The translations under genes and the position numbers were made by a program. The notes under the pieces are model-generated. The model was not told where the DNA came from and ran no database searches. It worked only from the letters and a program-made list of their open reading frames with translations. Shown in pieces: positions 36,307-45,770 of a stretch of DNA of 47,210 nt. The stretch is from an uncultured Collinsella sp. (GTDB lineage Bacteria; Actinomycetota; Coriobacteriia; Coriobacteriales; Coriobacteriaceae). The stretch is from NCBI GenBank assembly GCA_900548495.1, contig URKT01000001.1, positions 1-47,210 on the forward strand, given 5' to 3'. How positions within the stretch are numbered: the first letter of the stretch is position 1; every line of letters starts with the position of its first letter.

Positions 36307-36825
36307 TTACGCCTCAACGCGACGATACGTCACGAACTCATAATCGAGACCCTCGTCACCCTCGCCCGCGGCAATCGTGGCAACCCCGCCAGCCTGCGAA
36401 ACTTCCCATGCAGGATCGGCGTCCAAATTGGGAAAATACGTGTCCACGGGATGGACGCAGTGGTCATGCGTGACCTCGGCCTCCACGCAGTACGGCAAAA
36501 ACTGCCGATAGACATCGCCGCCACCAATCACCCAGGCAACGGGCTCAGCGGCAACCGCGGCGAGCGCCTCGTCGATACTATGCACCACGTCGACGCCCTC
36601 GGGAGCAAAGCTCTCGTCGCGGGTGAGCACGATATTGCGGCGGTTCTTGAGCGGACGCCCGCCAGGAAAACTCAGCAGGGTCTTGCGCCCCATAATGACC
36701 GGGCAACCTTTGGTGCGCGCCACAAAATGGCGCATGTCGGCGCGATTGGACACCACCATATCGCCCTCGCAGCCAATACCCCAGTCGTCACACACGGCGA
36801 CGATGGCAGAAAGCTTACACGTCAT
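36307..36825 (-). CDS. folA: Dihydrofolate reductase
   Basis: AIVAV, DMRHF, VIMGRKT, PLKNRRNIVLT, VIGGG, DTYFP. Confidence 0.93.
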   Translation of the reverse strand: MTCKLSAIVAVCDDWGIGCEGDMVVSNRADMRHFVARTKGCPVIMGRKTLLSFPGGRPLKNRRNIVLTRDESFAPEGVDVVHSIDEALAAVAAEPVAWVIGGGDVYRQFLPYCVEAEVTHDHCVHPVDTYFPNLDADPAWEVSQAGGVATIAAGEGDEGLDYEFVTYRRVEA

Positions 36826-36834
36826 GAGCACCAC

Positions 36835-37683
36835 CTACACCGCAATGGGAATGTTCTTGACCTGCGGGCCGTGCTCATAGCCCTCGACGATCAGGTCATC
36901 GGTCGTAAACGCATAGAAGTCATGCACATCGGGGTTGAGCGTTACCTTGGGTGCCGCAAACTGCGGACGCTCGATAAGCTCGCGGACGATATCGACATGA
37001 CGATCATAGATATGGGCGTCGGCGATCACGTGCAGCAGCTCACCGGGAATCATATCGACCGACTGCGCGACCATCATCAGCAAAATGGCGTACTGGCACA
37101 CGTTCCAGTTGTTCGCGGCCAAAATGTCCTGGCTGCGCTGGTTGAGAATCATGTTGAGCGTCGGCTTGTCGTCCTGAGGACGCTGCGTCACGTTATAGGT
37201 CACGCTATAGGCGCACGGATACAGGTGCATCTCGGACAGATCGCTAAACACGTACGTATTGGTCATAATGCGGCGACTATACGGCGTGTGCTTAAGGTCG
37301 TACAGCACACGGTCCATCTGGTCGAAGTCGCCCTCGGCGTAATGGCTCTTCTGACCAATCTGATAGCCGTAGGCTTTACCGATGGAACCGGTCTCATCGG
37401 CCCACTCATCCCAGATATGGCTGTTGAGATCATGCACGTTATTGGACTTCTTTTGATAGATCCACAGAATCTCGTCCATGGCAGACTTAAGCGCCGTACG
37501 ACGCAGGGTGAGCGCAGGGAACTCCTCGCGCAGATCATAGCGCGCCGTGACACCAAAGTTTTTAATGGTATAGGCAGGGGTGCCGTCCTCCCACACCGGA
37601 CGGACCTTTTGGCCCTCGGTGGTGGTGCCATGGTCCAAGATATCGCGGCACATGGTTACAAACTGTTGATCAGCCTTGCTCAT
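36835..37683 (-). CDS. thyA: Thymidylate synthase
   Basis: IWDEW, SRR, LYPC, QRSQD, DAHIY; ATG at 37683 with GGAGGG RBS. Confidence 0.95.
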   Translation of the reverse strand: MSKADQQFVTMCRDILDHGTTTEGQKVRPVWEDGTPAYTIKNFGVTARYDLREEFPALTLRRTALKSAMDEILWIYQKKSNNVHDLNSHIWDEWADETGSIGKAYGYQIGQKSHYAEGDFDQMDRVLYDLKHTPYSRRIMTNTYVFSDLSEMHLYPCAYSVTYNVTQRPQDDKPTLNMILNQRSQDILAANNWNVCQYAILLMMVAQSVDMIPGELLHVIADAHIYDRHVDIVRELIERPQFAAPKVTLNPDVHDFYAFTTDDLIVEGYEHGPQVKNIPIAV

Positions 37684-37766
37684 TGACCCTCCTGTCAGTC
37701 GCCTACAAGCGAGATTCATTGTAGCCCAGGCGCACGCGGCCCCACAGCCCAAACATAAGCGCTCAT

Positions 37767-37835
37767 TTTCTGACATATGACAGAAATTCCTTGCGCAAAT
37801 CTGCACGTTCGCTATTCTATTGTTGACATATGTCA
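37767..37835 (+). promoter_or_regulatory. Promoter flanked by two TGACATATG(T/A)CA palindromic operators
   Basis: tttctgacatatgacagaaa (37767-37786) and tgacatatgtca (37824-37835) around TTGCGC-N16-TATTCT. Confidence 0.7.
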
Positions 37836-37849
37836 GATAAGGAGTGCGC

Positions 37850-38614
37850 ATGGCAGGAAGACGCGAAAAATTACGCCGTGTTGGGATCATCCCCGAATAT
37901 CGCGGCTTTACCCCAGACGGCCTTGCCAGCGGAGACGCCATCGATATGACAGTCGACGAGCTCGAGGTCCTGCGCCTATGCGACCTGGAAGGCCTCAATC
38001 AGGAGGAAGTCGCCCAGAGCATGGGCATTGCCCGCGCCACGGTGGCGGCAATCTGCAGCCGCGCGCATCGCAAGGTGGCAAACGCGTTGGTCAATGGACG
38101 GGCGGTTGTCATCGAGGGCGGCAATATCGCATACTCCCCCATCACCACGACAACGGCCGCATGGCCAGCAAAGGAGGTCGACACCATGAGGGTGGCAACC
38201 ACGTACGACAACGGCAACATCTTTATGCACTTTGGCCGCAGCGAGCAGTTCAAGATCTACGACATTCAGGACGGCAAGGTGCTCAACGAGCAGGTCGTGG
38301 GCACCGGCGGCACCGGTCACGGCGCCCTGGCGGGCCTACTCGCCAACGGCGGCGTGGACACGCTCATCTGCGGCGGCATCGGCGGTGGCGCTATCAACGC
38401 GCTTGCTCAAGCCGGCATCACGGTATATGCAGGTGCCCAAGGCAACTGCGACGCTTGCGTCGAGGCACTTATCTCCGGCACGCTCGCACAGAACGGCGAG
38501 GCCACGTGCAGCTGCCACGGCCATGACCACGAGCACGCCTATGAGCACGGCGAATCCTGTGGTTGCCACGGCCATCACGAGCACGAGGGCCACGAGGGCT
38601 GCGGCTGCCACTAA
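37850..38614 (+). CDS. DUF134 HTH fused to a NifB/NifX-family (Fe-Mo cofactor-binding-like) domain with a His/Cys-rich tail
   Basis: DELEVLRLCDLEGLNQEEVAQSMGIARATV; HFGRSEQF, ICGGIGGGA; tail CSCHGHDHEH...CGCH. Confidence 0.85.
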   Translation: MAGRREKLRRVGIIPEYRGFTPDGLASGDAIDMTVDELEVLRLCDLEGLNQEEVAQSMGIARATVAAICSRAHRKVANALVNGRAVVIEGGNIAYSPITTTTAAWPAKEVDTMRVATTYDNGNIFMHFGRSEQFKIYDIQDGKVLNEQVVGTGGTGHGALAGLLANGGVDTLICGGIGGGAINALAQAGITVYAGAQGNCDACVEALISGTLAQNGEATCSCHGHDHEHAYEHGESCGCHGHHEHEGHEGCGCH

Positions 38615-38676
38615 CGGCACGGCACCGTGAACTCGGGGCGCGACACTGAACGCAACCCAACAATCAAAGCCAACAA

Positions 38677-38710
38677 CAAAGGCCACCCGGTAGCTACCGA
38701 GTGGCCTTTG
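38677..38710 (-). terminator. Terminator between convergent ffh and the DUF134 gene
   Basis: caaaggccac..cggt-agct-accg..gtggcctttg. Confidence 0.7.
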
Positions 38711-38734
38711 CCATATCAAGCTGGAATTACAGCA

Positions 38735-40210
38735 CTATTTCTTATTACGCATCTGCGCTTCCATCTGGCGCAGCAGGTCCATATCGGACTTGGGGCCGCC
38801 CGTACCCAGGCCGCCCATGCCGCCCAGACCCATAGCGTCCAGGCCAGGGATATTGGGCATGCGCATCTTCTTGCCCTTCTTACCCTTCTTGCCCTTCTTG
38901 CCGCCGGCCTGAGCCTGATTGGCCATCGTGCGCATGCGGCCCATCATCTTGTTCATCTCGCCCCACTGCTTCATAAGGCTATTGACCTCGGTGGGGGTCA
39001 CGCCGGCGCCCTTGGCAATGCGGGCACGGCGCTGACCGTTGATGATGGAGGGACGCAGGCGCTCCTCCTTGGTCATCGACATGATAATGGCCTCGTTCTT
39101 ATCGAAGATGCCTTCGTCCAGGTTGCCACCCATCTGGTTGAGCGCACGCTGGCCACCGGGGAGCATGCCCAGGATGCCCTTCATGCCGCCCATCTTCTTG
39201 ACGGCCTTCATCTGGTCGAGCATGTCGTTCATGGTGAAGCCCTCGCGCAGCATACGCTCGGCAGCCTCGAGCTGCTCTGCATCAGCCGCCTCCTGGGCCT
39301 TCTCGATAATGCCGACGACGTCGCCCATGCCCAGAATGCGCTTGGCCATGCGATCGGGATAGAACGGCTCAAGCGAATCGGGTTTCTCGCCCATGCTCAC
39401 AAACTTGATGGGCTTGCCGGTCACTTGACGCACCGAAAGTGCGCCACCGCCACGGGCGTCACCGTCGAGCTTGGAGATAATCACACCATCAAAGTCGGTG
39501 CGATCGGCGAAGGTCGAGACGACGTTGACGATATCCTGGCCAGTCATGGCATCGACGACCATCAGCACCTGGTCGGGCTTGACGGCCTTCTTGATGTCGA
39601 CGGCCTCCTGCATCATCTGCTCGTCAATCTGAAGACGACCGGCGGTATCGACAATGACCACGTCACGCAGGTGGTCGACGGCCTCCTGGATGGCGCCCTT
39701 GGCGATGTCGACCGGGTGCGCACCGTCACCGCGGAAGACCGGCACGCCGATCTCGCCACCAAGCGTGGCCAGCTGGTCGGCAGCGGCGGGACGGTAGACG
39801 TCGCACGCGGCGAGCAGCGGCGAGCGACCCTGCTTCTTGAGCAGGTATGCCAGCTTTACGGCCGCCGTGGTCTTACCGGAGCCCTGCAGGCCCACGAGCA
39901 TGATGACATTGGGAATACGGTTGCTAAAGACGAGCTTGCTCTCGGTTGAGCCAAGCATCTCGGTGAGCTCGTCGAGCACGATCTTGACGACGTTTTGCGC
40001 CGGCGACAGCGACTCCATGACCTCGGCGGTCATGCAGCGCTCCTTGGTCTTGGCGACGAACTCCTTGACGACCTTGAAGTTGACGTCGGCCTCGAGCAGC
40101 GCCATGCGAATGTCGCGCATGGCCGAGGTAATGTCGGCCTCGGTCAGCTTACCCTTGCCGCGCAGGCGGTCAAATGTGTCGTTGAGGCGATCGCTCAGGG
40201 AATCAAACAC
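38735..40210 (-). CDS. ffh: Signal recognition particle protein
   Basis: GLQGSGKTT, DVYRPAA, DTAGRL, KLDGDARGG, M-domain IIMSMT..ER. Confidence 0.97.
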   Translation of the reverse strand: MFDSLSDRLNDTFDRLRGKGKLTEADITSAMRDIRMALLEADVNFKVVKEFVAKTKERCMTAEVMESLSPAQNVVKIVLDELTEMLGSTESKLVFSNRIPNVIMLVGLQGSGKTTAAVKLAYLLKKQGRSPLLAACDVYRPAAADQLATLGGEIGVPVFRGDGAHPVDIAKGAIQEAVDHLRDVVIVDTAGRLQIDEQMMQEAVDIKKAVKPDQVLMVVDAMTGQDIVNVVSTFADRTDFDGVIISKLDGDARGGGALSVRQVTGKPIKFVSMGEKPDSLEPFYPDRMAKRILGMGDVVGIIEKAQEAADAEQLEAAERMLREGFTMNDMLDQMKAVKKMGGMKGILGMLPGGQRALNQMGGNLDEGIFDKNEAIIMSMTKEERLRPSIINGQRRARIAKGAGVTPTEVNSLMKQWGEMNKMMGRMRTMANQAQAGGKKGKKGKKGKKMRMPNIPGLDAMGLGGMGGLGTGGPKSDMDLLRQMEAQMRNKK

Positions 40211-40220
40211 TGGTTACTCC

Positions 40221-41138
40221 TTAGTTGGACTCGCCCACCAGGGCGCGGCAGAAATCTTTGGCATTAAACTCCTGCAGGTCATCGACCTGCTCGCCCACGC
40301 CGATGCGCAGGATGGGAAGCTTGAGCTTCTCGGCCACGGCCATGGCGATACCGCCCTTTGCCGTGCCGTCGAGCTTTGTCATGATAATACCGTCCAGGCC
40401 AAGCGCCTCGTTAAACTCGAGCGCCTGGTTCAGACCGTTTTGGCCAGTGGCGGCATCGATCACAAGCACGACCGAGACCGGCATGGGACCGGCGGCCATA
40501 TTGGCGGCGCGCTTACGCGTCACATTGACCACCTTGGCGAGCTCGCGCATGAGCTCGGGGCTCGTGTGCAGACGACCGGCGGTGTCGATAAGCACCAAGT
40601 CGCTGCCGCGCTTATCGGCCTCGTCGAGCACGTCATAGCACACACTAGCCGGATCGGAGCCGCGATCGCGCTTAATGACGGGGACGCCGGCGCGCTGGCC
40701 CCACACATCGAGCTGCTCGATGGCGGCGGCGCGGAAGGTGTCGGCCGAACCGATCACCACGTTCTTGCCGCGGGCAGCCATGGCGCTCGCAATCTTGCCA
40801 ACCGTCGTGGTCTTGCCGGCACCGTTAATGCCCACAAACAGCACGCAGCTCGGCGTATCGGAGAACGGATCGTGCTCGATGGGCACAAAGTGCTGCTCGA
40901 GCTGCTCGGCCAAGGCGCGACGGAGTTGCGGGGCGGTCTTGAGGTTCTTCTTAGCCGCGGCATCGCGCAGATCATCGGAAACCTTGATGGCGACCTCGGC
41001 GCCCATGTCACCCATGACGAGGGTGTCCTCCAGGTCCTCCCAAAAATCCTCGTCGACCTCGCCGCCAAAGTAGAAGACCTCGTTGAGGGCCTCGCGGCTG
41101 CGCTCAAGTCCGCGCGAGAGAGCATCGAAGAATCCCAT
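40221..41138 (-). CDS. ftsY: SRP receptor FtsY (NG domain only)
   Basis: GINGAGKTTT, DTFRAAA, DTAGRL, TKLDGTAKGG. Confidence 0.96.
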   Translation of the reverse strand: MGFFDALSRGLERSREALNEVFYFGGEVDEDFWEDLEDTLVMGDMGAEVAIKVSDDLRDAAAKKNLKTAPQLRRALAEQLEQHFVPIEHDPFSDTPSCVLFVGINGAGKTTTVGKIASAMAARGKNVVIGSADTFRAAAIEQLDVWGQRAGVPVIKRDRGSDPASVCYDVLDEADKRGSDLVLIDTAGRLHTSPELMRELAKVVNVTRKRAANMAAGPMPVSVVLVIDAATGQNGLNQALEFNEALGLDGIIMTKLDGTAKGGIAMAVAEKLKLPILRIGVGEQVDDLQEFNAKDFCRALVGESN

Positions 41139-44100
41139 TATGCATTCACGACCTTTCCGGTTTCGCGATCGAGTTTTTGCGAGACGACGCGACTGACGCC
41201 GTCGGCTTGCATCGAGACGCCATAGAGAACGTCAGCGTCCTCCATAGTACGGCGCTGATGCGAAATGACCAAGAGCTGCGTGTCGGAACGCAGCACATCG
41301 AGGGCACCGATGAGCTTAGACAGGTTGGCGTCATCAAGTGCCGCCTCGACCTCGTCCAGCACATAGAACGGCACCGTACGCGTGCGATACACGGCAAAGA
41401 GCAGGGCGAGCGCCGTCAGACTCTTCTCGCCGCCCGACATGAGCATCATCTTGGTGATGCGCTTGCCGCGCGGTTGCGCCACGACCTCGATACCCGTCTC
41501 GGCAGGATGCTCGGGATCGGTCATCTCCAGATGAGCCTGACCGCCCGGGAAGAGCATAGCGAAGATCTCGCGGAAGTTCGCGTCAACCTTCTCAAACGTC
41601 ACCAGGAAGGCCTTCCGCATCTTGCGATCAATGGCCACCGTGATCTTGGTGAGCGCCTTGCGCGCGCTCTCCAGATCGGCCAGCTGCTCCTCGATGTAAT
41701 CGGCGCGGCGCTTGAGCTGCTCGTACTCCTCCATGGCAACTTGGTTAACGGGACCAAGGTTGTTGATCTGGCGCACAAGCTGGTTGAGTTCGCGCTCAGC
41801 GGCATCGCGGTCCGTGGGCGCCGGAAGCATGAGCGCTTCCTCGAGTACCGTGGTGCCATCGGCGGTAATGGCCTTAATGGCGGCCTCTACCTGCACCTCG
41901 AGCTTGCCACGCGCGACCTTGAACTCGTTTTGCGTGGCGGAGGCGGTATCGACTCGCTCCTTAGCGCGGGCAACCTCTGCCTTGGCATCCTCGATGGTCT
42001 TCTTGAGCGAAGCGGAGTCCGCCTCCTCCAGAGAGGCCTGGTCACGCAGGCGCGCTGCCCAATCCGACGCGCGCTCCAGCAGGGCCGAATAACGCTCGTG
42101 CATGGGATCAACGCGCAGGCGCAGCAGCTCGAGCGAGCGCGAAGCCTGGCGTGTTCCGCGGATACGACGATCGATGCCCTCCAGGCGATGCTCCAGGTCG
42201 GGCACGCGGCCCTTCAGCGAACGCAGGCGTTCGCTCGTCTGGGCCAAGCGAACCTTGGCGTCGGCGAGCTTGCCGGCGGCCTCGGAATCGTCACGGCGAA
42301 CGCGGTCGAGTTCGTCGTTGGCCTCGGCAATCTGGAGACCCAGGTCGCTTGCCTGCGCACGGGCCTCGTCGCGCGAACGGGTGAGCTCGTCAACGCGCGG
42401 GCGCGCAGCGCGAACGGCCTCTGCGGCCTGCTCGCGGCGCTTGGAGATGCGCACGCTCTCGACCTCGGCATTGTTGGCGCTTTGCTCCAAGCGGCCGATC
42501 TCGGAGAGCAACGAGCGGCGCTCGCCCTCAAGACGGGCGATCTCGCCGGCGGCATCGCCCTCAGCGACACGCGCTTCCTCAACGGCCGCATTGGCCTCAA
42601 CGACCTGATCCGACACATGCTCAAACACGGCAGCCAAATCGGGCTCCAAGCCCTCCAGCTCGCGAATGCGACGCTTGCGCTCCAGGGCACCCGACGCCTC
42701 GCCGGCATCTAGGCCCACGCGCACAAGGCCGCCACAGCTTACGCGGGCGCCATCGGGGGTCACGTAAGTCACGCCGTCAACGACCGGCGCCGACAGCGCG
42801 GCAGCAAGATCGTCCACTACGTAATATCCGCCGAGCAACGCCTCGACGACGGGACCGTAGCCTGCGCGCACGGACAGATGATCAACCAGACGGGTACCGG
42901 CAGCGCCCTCAGCGGCGGTAGAGCCGCTCACGCCGCGCGCCACCAGCAGCGCCTCACCCGAGGCCTTCTTTTGGTCCAGAGCGGCACGACCGGCACGCTC
43001 AAGCGCGGACGTATCGTCGAACAGCAGCGCATCGATATCGCCGGCAAGTAGCTGCTCCACCAGGCCCTCAAGCTCGCGCGGGGCCTCGAGCACGTCGCCC
43101 AGACGACCCGTGACATCATCGCCCAGCGCACCCACCAGACGGCTCACGAGCGGCGAGCTGTCGGCCATGCGGGCATCAAGCTTCTTTTGGCTGGCAAGCT
43201 CCGAGCGCACCTCGGACAGCTTGTTGCGCGCCTCGCTCTCGCGGGCACGCAGGTCCTTCAGGGCCGCGCGTGCCGTCTCGGTAGCCTCACGCGCATCGAC
43301 CTGGGCCTGGCGCGCTTCCTCAAGAGCACCCTCAAGCTCCTCTGCGCGGTTGCGACGGCTCTCGAGCGAGGCCGTGACCTCCTCGAACTGCTCGTCAATC
43401 TGCTCCAGGCGCGAGACATACATGTTGTCCTCGACCTCGGCGTTGCTCAGCGAGTCCTTCACCTTGGCGAGCTCGAGCGCGGCGTTGTCGGCCACGCGCT
43501 GCACATCGCGTTGCTCACGCGTAAGCTGCGAAATCTGATTGTCGAGCGCCACGCGCCGCTCGTGGAGCTCAGCGGCAGCAGGACCAGCGGCGTCAACGTC
43601 CTCCTGGGCCTGCATGTGCGCACCGGTCACTTCCTCAAGCTGCGCACGCGCGTCCTCGAGCTCCTCGACCACGCGACGACGCTGATGCTCGGAGCTCGAA
43701 ATCTGCCCGCGCATGTCAGACAGGCGCGACACCATGTTGTGGCCCTTTTCCTCGAGCAGGCGCATGTCGGAGTTAATGCGGCCGACCACATCTTGCATAT
43801 GACGGCGTTGCTCGCCCAGGTCGCCCACAAACAGGCCCTTTTCCTCGAGCATAACCTGGAGCTTCTCGAGCTCGCGCTCCTTTTCGCCCATGCGGTACTG
43901 CGCAAGCTCCAGCTCGGCCGTGCCCTCCTTGGAGCGACTCTCCAGGTCGTTCCACTGCGACTGCAGCGAACGCAGCTCGTCGACGGCTAGCATCTGCGTA
44001 AGCTCGTTCGCGCGCGAGGACAGCTCTTTGTACTTGCACGCACGATCGACCTGACGCTCCAGCGGTCGCAGCTGACGGGCGATTTCCTTATTGATGTCGC

Positions 44101-44674
44101 GGGCACGCGTCAGGTGCTCGTCCATCGACTTAATCTTTTTGAGCGCACGCTCCTTGCGGCGCTTGTGCTTGGAGATACCGGCGGCTTCCTCGATGAGGGC
44201 ACGGCGCTCCTCGGGGCGGCTCTGCAAAATGGCGTCGAGCTTGCCCTGGCTGATGATGGAATGCGTATCCTTGCCCAGGCCCGAATCGTGCAGGATGTCC
44301 TGAATGTCCATCAGGCGGCACGGACTCGAGTTGATGAGGTACTCGCTTTCGCCCGAGCGATACATGCGACGGGTAATGGCGACCTCGTCAAAATCGACAG
44401 GCAGCATATGGTCCGAGTTATCGAGCACCAGCGTGACCTCGGCGACACCCACCGGCTTGCGCGCTGACGAGCCCGAGAAGATAACATCCTCCATGGCCTG
44501 GCCGCGCAGCTGCTTGGCGCTCTGCTCGCCCAGGACCCACAGAATCGAGTCAGAGATGTTCGATTTTCCCGAGCCGTTGGGACCGACGATGACGGTCAGA
44601 CCCGGCTCAAACGTCATATGGGCGCGGTCGGCAAACGACTTGAACCCTTTGAGCGTGAGGGACTTGAGATACAC
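41138..44674 (-). CDS. smc: Chromosome segregation protein SMC
   Basis: GFKSF, GPNGSGKSN, long coiled coils with hinge, MSGGEKS, LDEVEAALD. Confidence 0.96.
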   Translation of the reverse strand: MYLKSLTLKGFKSFADRAHMTFEPGLTVIVGPNGSGKSNISDSILWVLGEQSAKQLRGQAMEDVIFSGSSARKPVGVAEVTLVLDNSDHMLPVDFDEVAITRRMYRSGESEYLINSSPCRLMDIQDILHDSGLGKDTHSIISQGKLDAILQSRPEERRALIEEAAGISKHKRRKERALKKIKSMDEHLTRARDINKEIARQLRPLERQVDRACKYKELSSRANELTQMLAVDELRSLQSQWNDLESRSKEGTAELELAQYRMGEKERELEKLQVMLEEKGLFVGDLGEQRRHMQDVVGRINSDMRLLEEKGHNMVSRLSDMRGQISSSEHQRRRVVEELEDARAQLEEVTGAHMQAQEDVDAAGPAAAELHERRVALDNQISQLTREQRDVQRVADNAALELAKVKDSLSNAEVEDNMYVSRLEQIDEQFEEVTASLESRRNRAEELEGALEEARQAQVDAREATETARAALKDLRARESEARNKLSEVRSELASQKKLDARMADSSPLVSRLVGALGDDVTGRLGDVLEAPRELEGLVEQLLAGDIDALLFDDTSALERAGRAALDQKKASGEALLVARGVSGSTAAEGAAGTRLVDHLSVRAGYGPVVEALLGGYYVVDDLAAALSAPVVDGVTYVTPDGARVSCGGLVRVGLDAGEASGALERKRRIRELEGLEPDLAAVFEHVSDQVVEANAAVEEARVAEGDAAGEIARLEGERRSLLSEIGRLEQSANNAEVESVRISKRREQAAEAVRAARPRVDELTRSRDEARAQASDLGLQIAEANDELDRVRRDDSEAAGKLADAKVRLAQTSERLRSLKGRVPDLEHRLEGIDRRIRGTRQASRSLELLRLRVDPMHERYSALLERASDWAARLRDQASLEEADSASLKKTIEDAKAEVARAKERVDTASATQNEFKVARGKLEVQVEAAIKAITADGTTVLEEALMLPAPTDRDAAERELNQLVRQINNLGPVNQVAMEEYEQLKRRADYIEEQLADLESARKALTKITVAIDRKMRKAFLVTFEKVDANFREIFAMLFPGGQAHLEMTDPEHPAETGIEVVAQPRGKRITKMMLMSGGEKSLTALALLFAVYRTRTVPFYVLDEVEAALDDANLSKLIGALDVLRSDTQLLVISHQRRTMEDADVLYGVSMQADGVSRVVSQKLDRETGKVVNA

Positions 44675-44684
44675 GGTTCCTCGC

Positions 44685-45410
44685 TTAAACAGGCTTCTTG
44701 TTGAGAATCACGCCGTTGGTGGTGTAGCCCATGCGGTCAAGCGCCTCGAGCGCGGCGGCTCCCTCGGCTTCCTTCTTTGAGGAGCCGGAGCCGCGACCCT
44801 GACGGATGCCATCGATCAACACCACGGCGGTAAAGGTGGGCGCATGCGCCGGGCCCTCGGAGCCAACGAGCTTATACGCCGGGGGCTCGTGACCGTCGGC
44901 TTGCACGCACTCCTGCAAAAACGACTTGGGGTTCGCAGGATGCTCGGCACGCTCGGAAGCCAAATGCGGCTTAAGCGTACGATGGATAAACTCCGCCGCA
45001 ACGTCCCAGCCGGCATCCAGGTACAGCGCGCCCACGAGCGACTCATAGACGTTCTCGAGCGCCGAATGCAGGCCGCGCGCACCGGTACCGGTCTCGGAGG
45101 CACCAAAGATGATGATGTCGTCAATGCCCAGCTCGTGAGAAACCTCGGACAGCGTAGCGCCCGAGACAAGCGACACCTTCAAGCGCGTGAGCTTGCCCTC
45201 GTCAAACTCCGGATAGGACTCAAACAGGGAGCGTGCGACCACAGCACCCAAAATGGAATCGCCCAAGAACTCAAGGCGCTCATAGCTGGCAGAAACCGGC
45301 TGGCCCTCGACTGCCGAGGGATGCGTAAGGGCCGCGCGCAGCAGCACCTTATTGTTGAACTCGTGGCCCAGGATTTCCTGGGCGCGCGTAAGTCGGTCGG
45401 ATAAAGCCAA
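44685..45410 (-). CDS. rnc: Ribonuclease III
   Basis: ERLEFLGDS signature and C-terminal dsRBD. Confidence 0.96.
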   Translation of the reverse strand: MALSDRLTRAQEILGHEFNNKVLLRAALTHPSAVEGQPVSASYERLEFLGDSILGAVVARSLFESYPEFDEGKLTRLKVSLVSGATLSEVSHELGIDDIIIFGASETGTGARGLHSALENVYESLVGALYLDAGWDVAAEFIHRTLKPHLASERAEHPANPKSFLQECVQADGHEPPAYKLVGSEGPAHAPTFTAVVLIDGIRQGRGSGSSKKEAEGAAALEALDRMGYTTNGVILNKKPV

Positions 45411-45413
45411 GAC

Positions 45414-45656
45414 TTAGGCCTCCTTGGCAGCTTCGATAGCGTCGACGGCGTCGGCGACAGAGTTGAGCGAGAGCAGGGTCTCGTCATCGATCTCGAGGTT
45501 GAACTCGTCCTCGATAGCCGTAACCAGCTGCAGGCGCTCGAGCGAGTTGGCATCGAGGTCGTCAAAGGTGGTCTCATCGCTAATTTCGGCAACATCGACG
45601 CCCAGAACGTCAGCAGCGACCTCGGCGATCTTGTCGAAGATTTCGGAGCGGTCCAT
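45414..45656 (-). CDS. acpP: Acyl carrier protein
   Basis: 80-aa acidic protein, DLDANSLE, IEDEFNLEI; between plsX and rnc. Confidence 0.88.
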   Translation of the reverse strand: MDRSEIFDKIAEVAADVLGVDVAEISDETTFDDLDANSLERLQLVTAIEDEFNLEIDDETLLSLNSVADAVDAIEAAKEA

Positions 45657-45770
45657 AGCGCTTCCTCTCATAGTGCATGAATACCAAAAGAATGGTACCG
45701 CCCGGGCGGTACCAAGACACGGTTCTGATTCTACCCCACGACGCACGCCCCGAGACGCATAACGCCGCTG

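Noticed and set aside
37684..37998. N-terminal extension of ThyA
   Set aside because: Runs through the divergent promoter and DUF134 gene; good RBS and ATG at 37683
37850..38614. Nitrogen fixation implied by the NifB/NifX domain
   Set aside because: No nif structural genes in the window; the domain is widespread in non-diazotrophs
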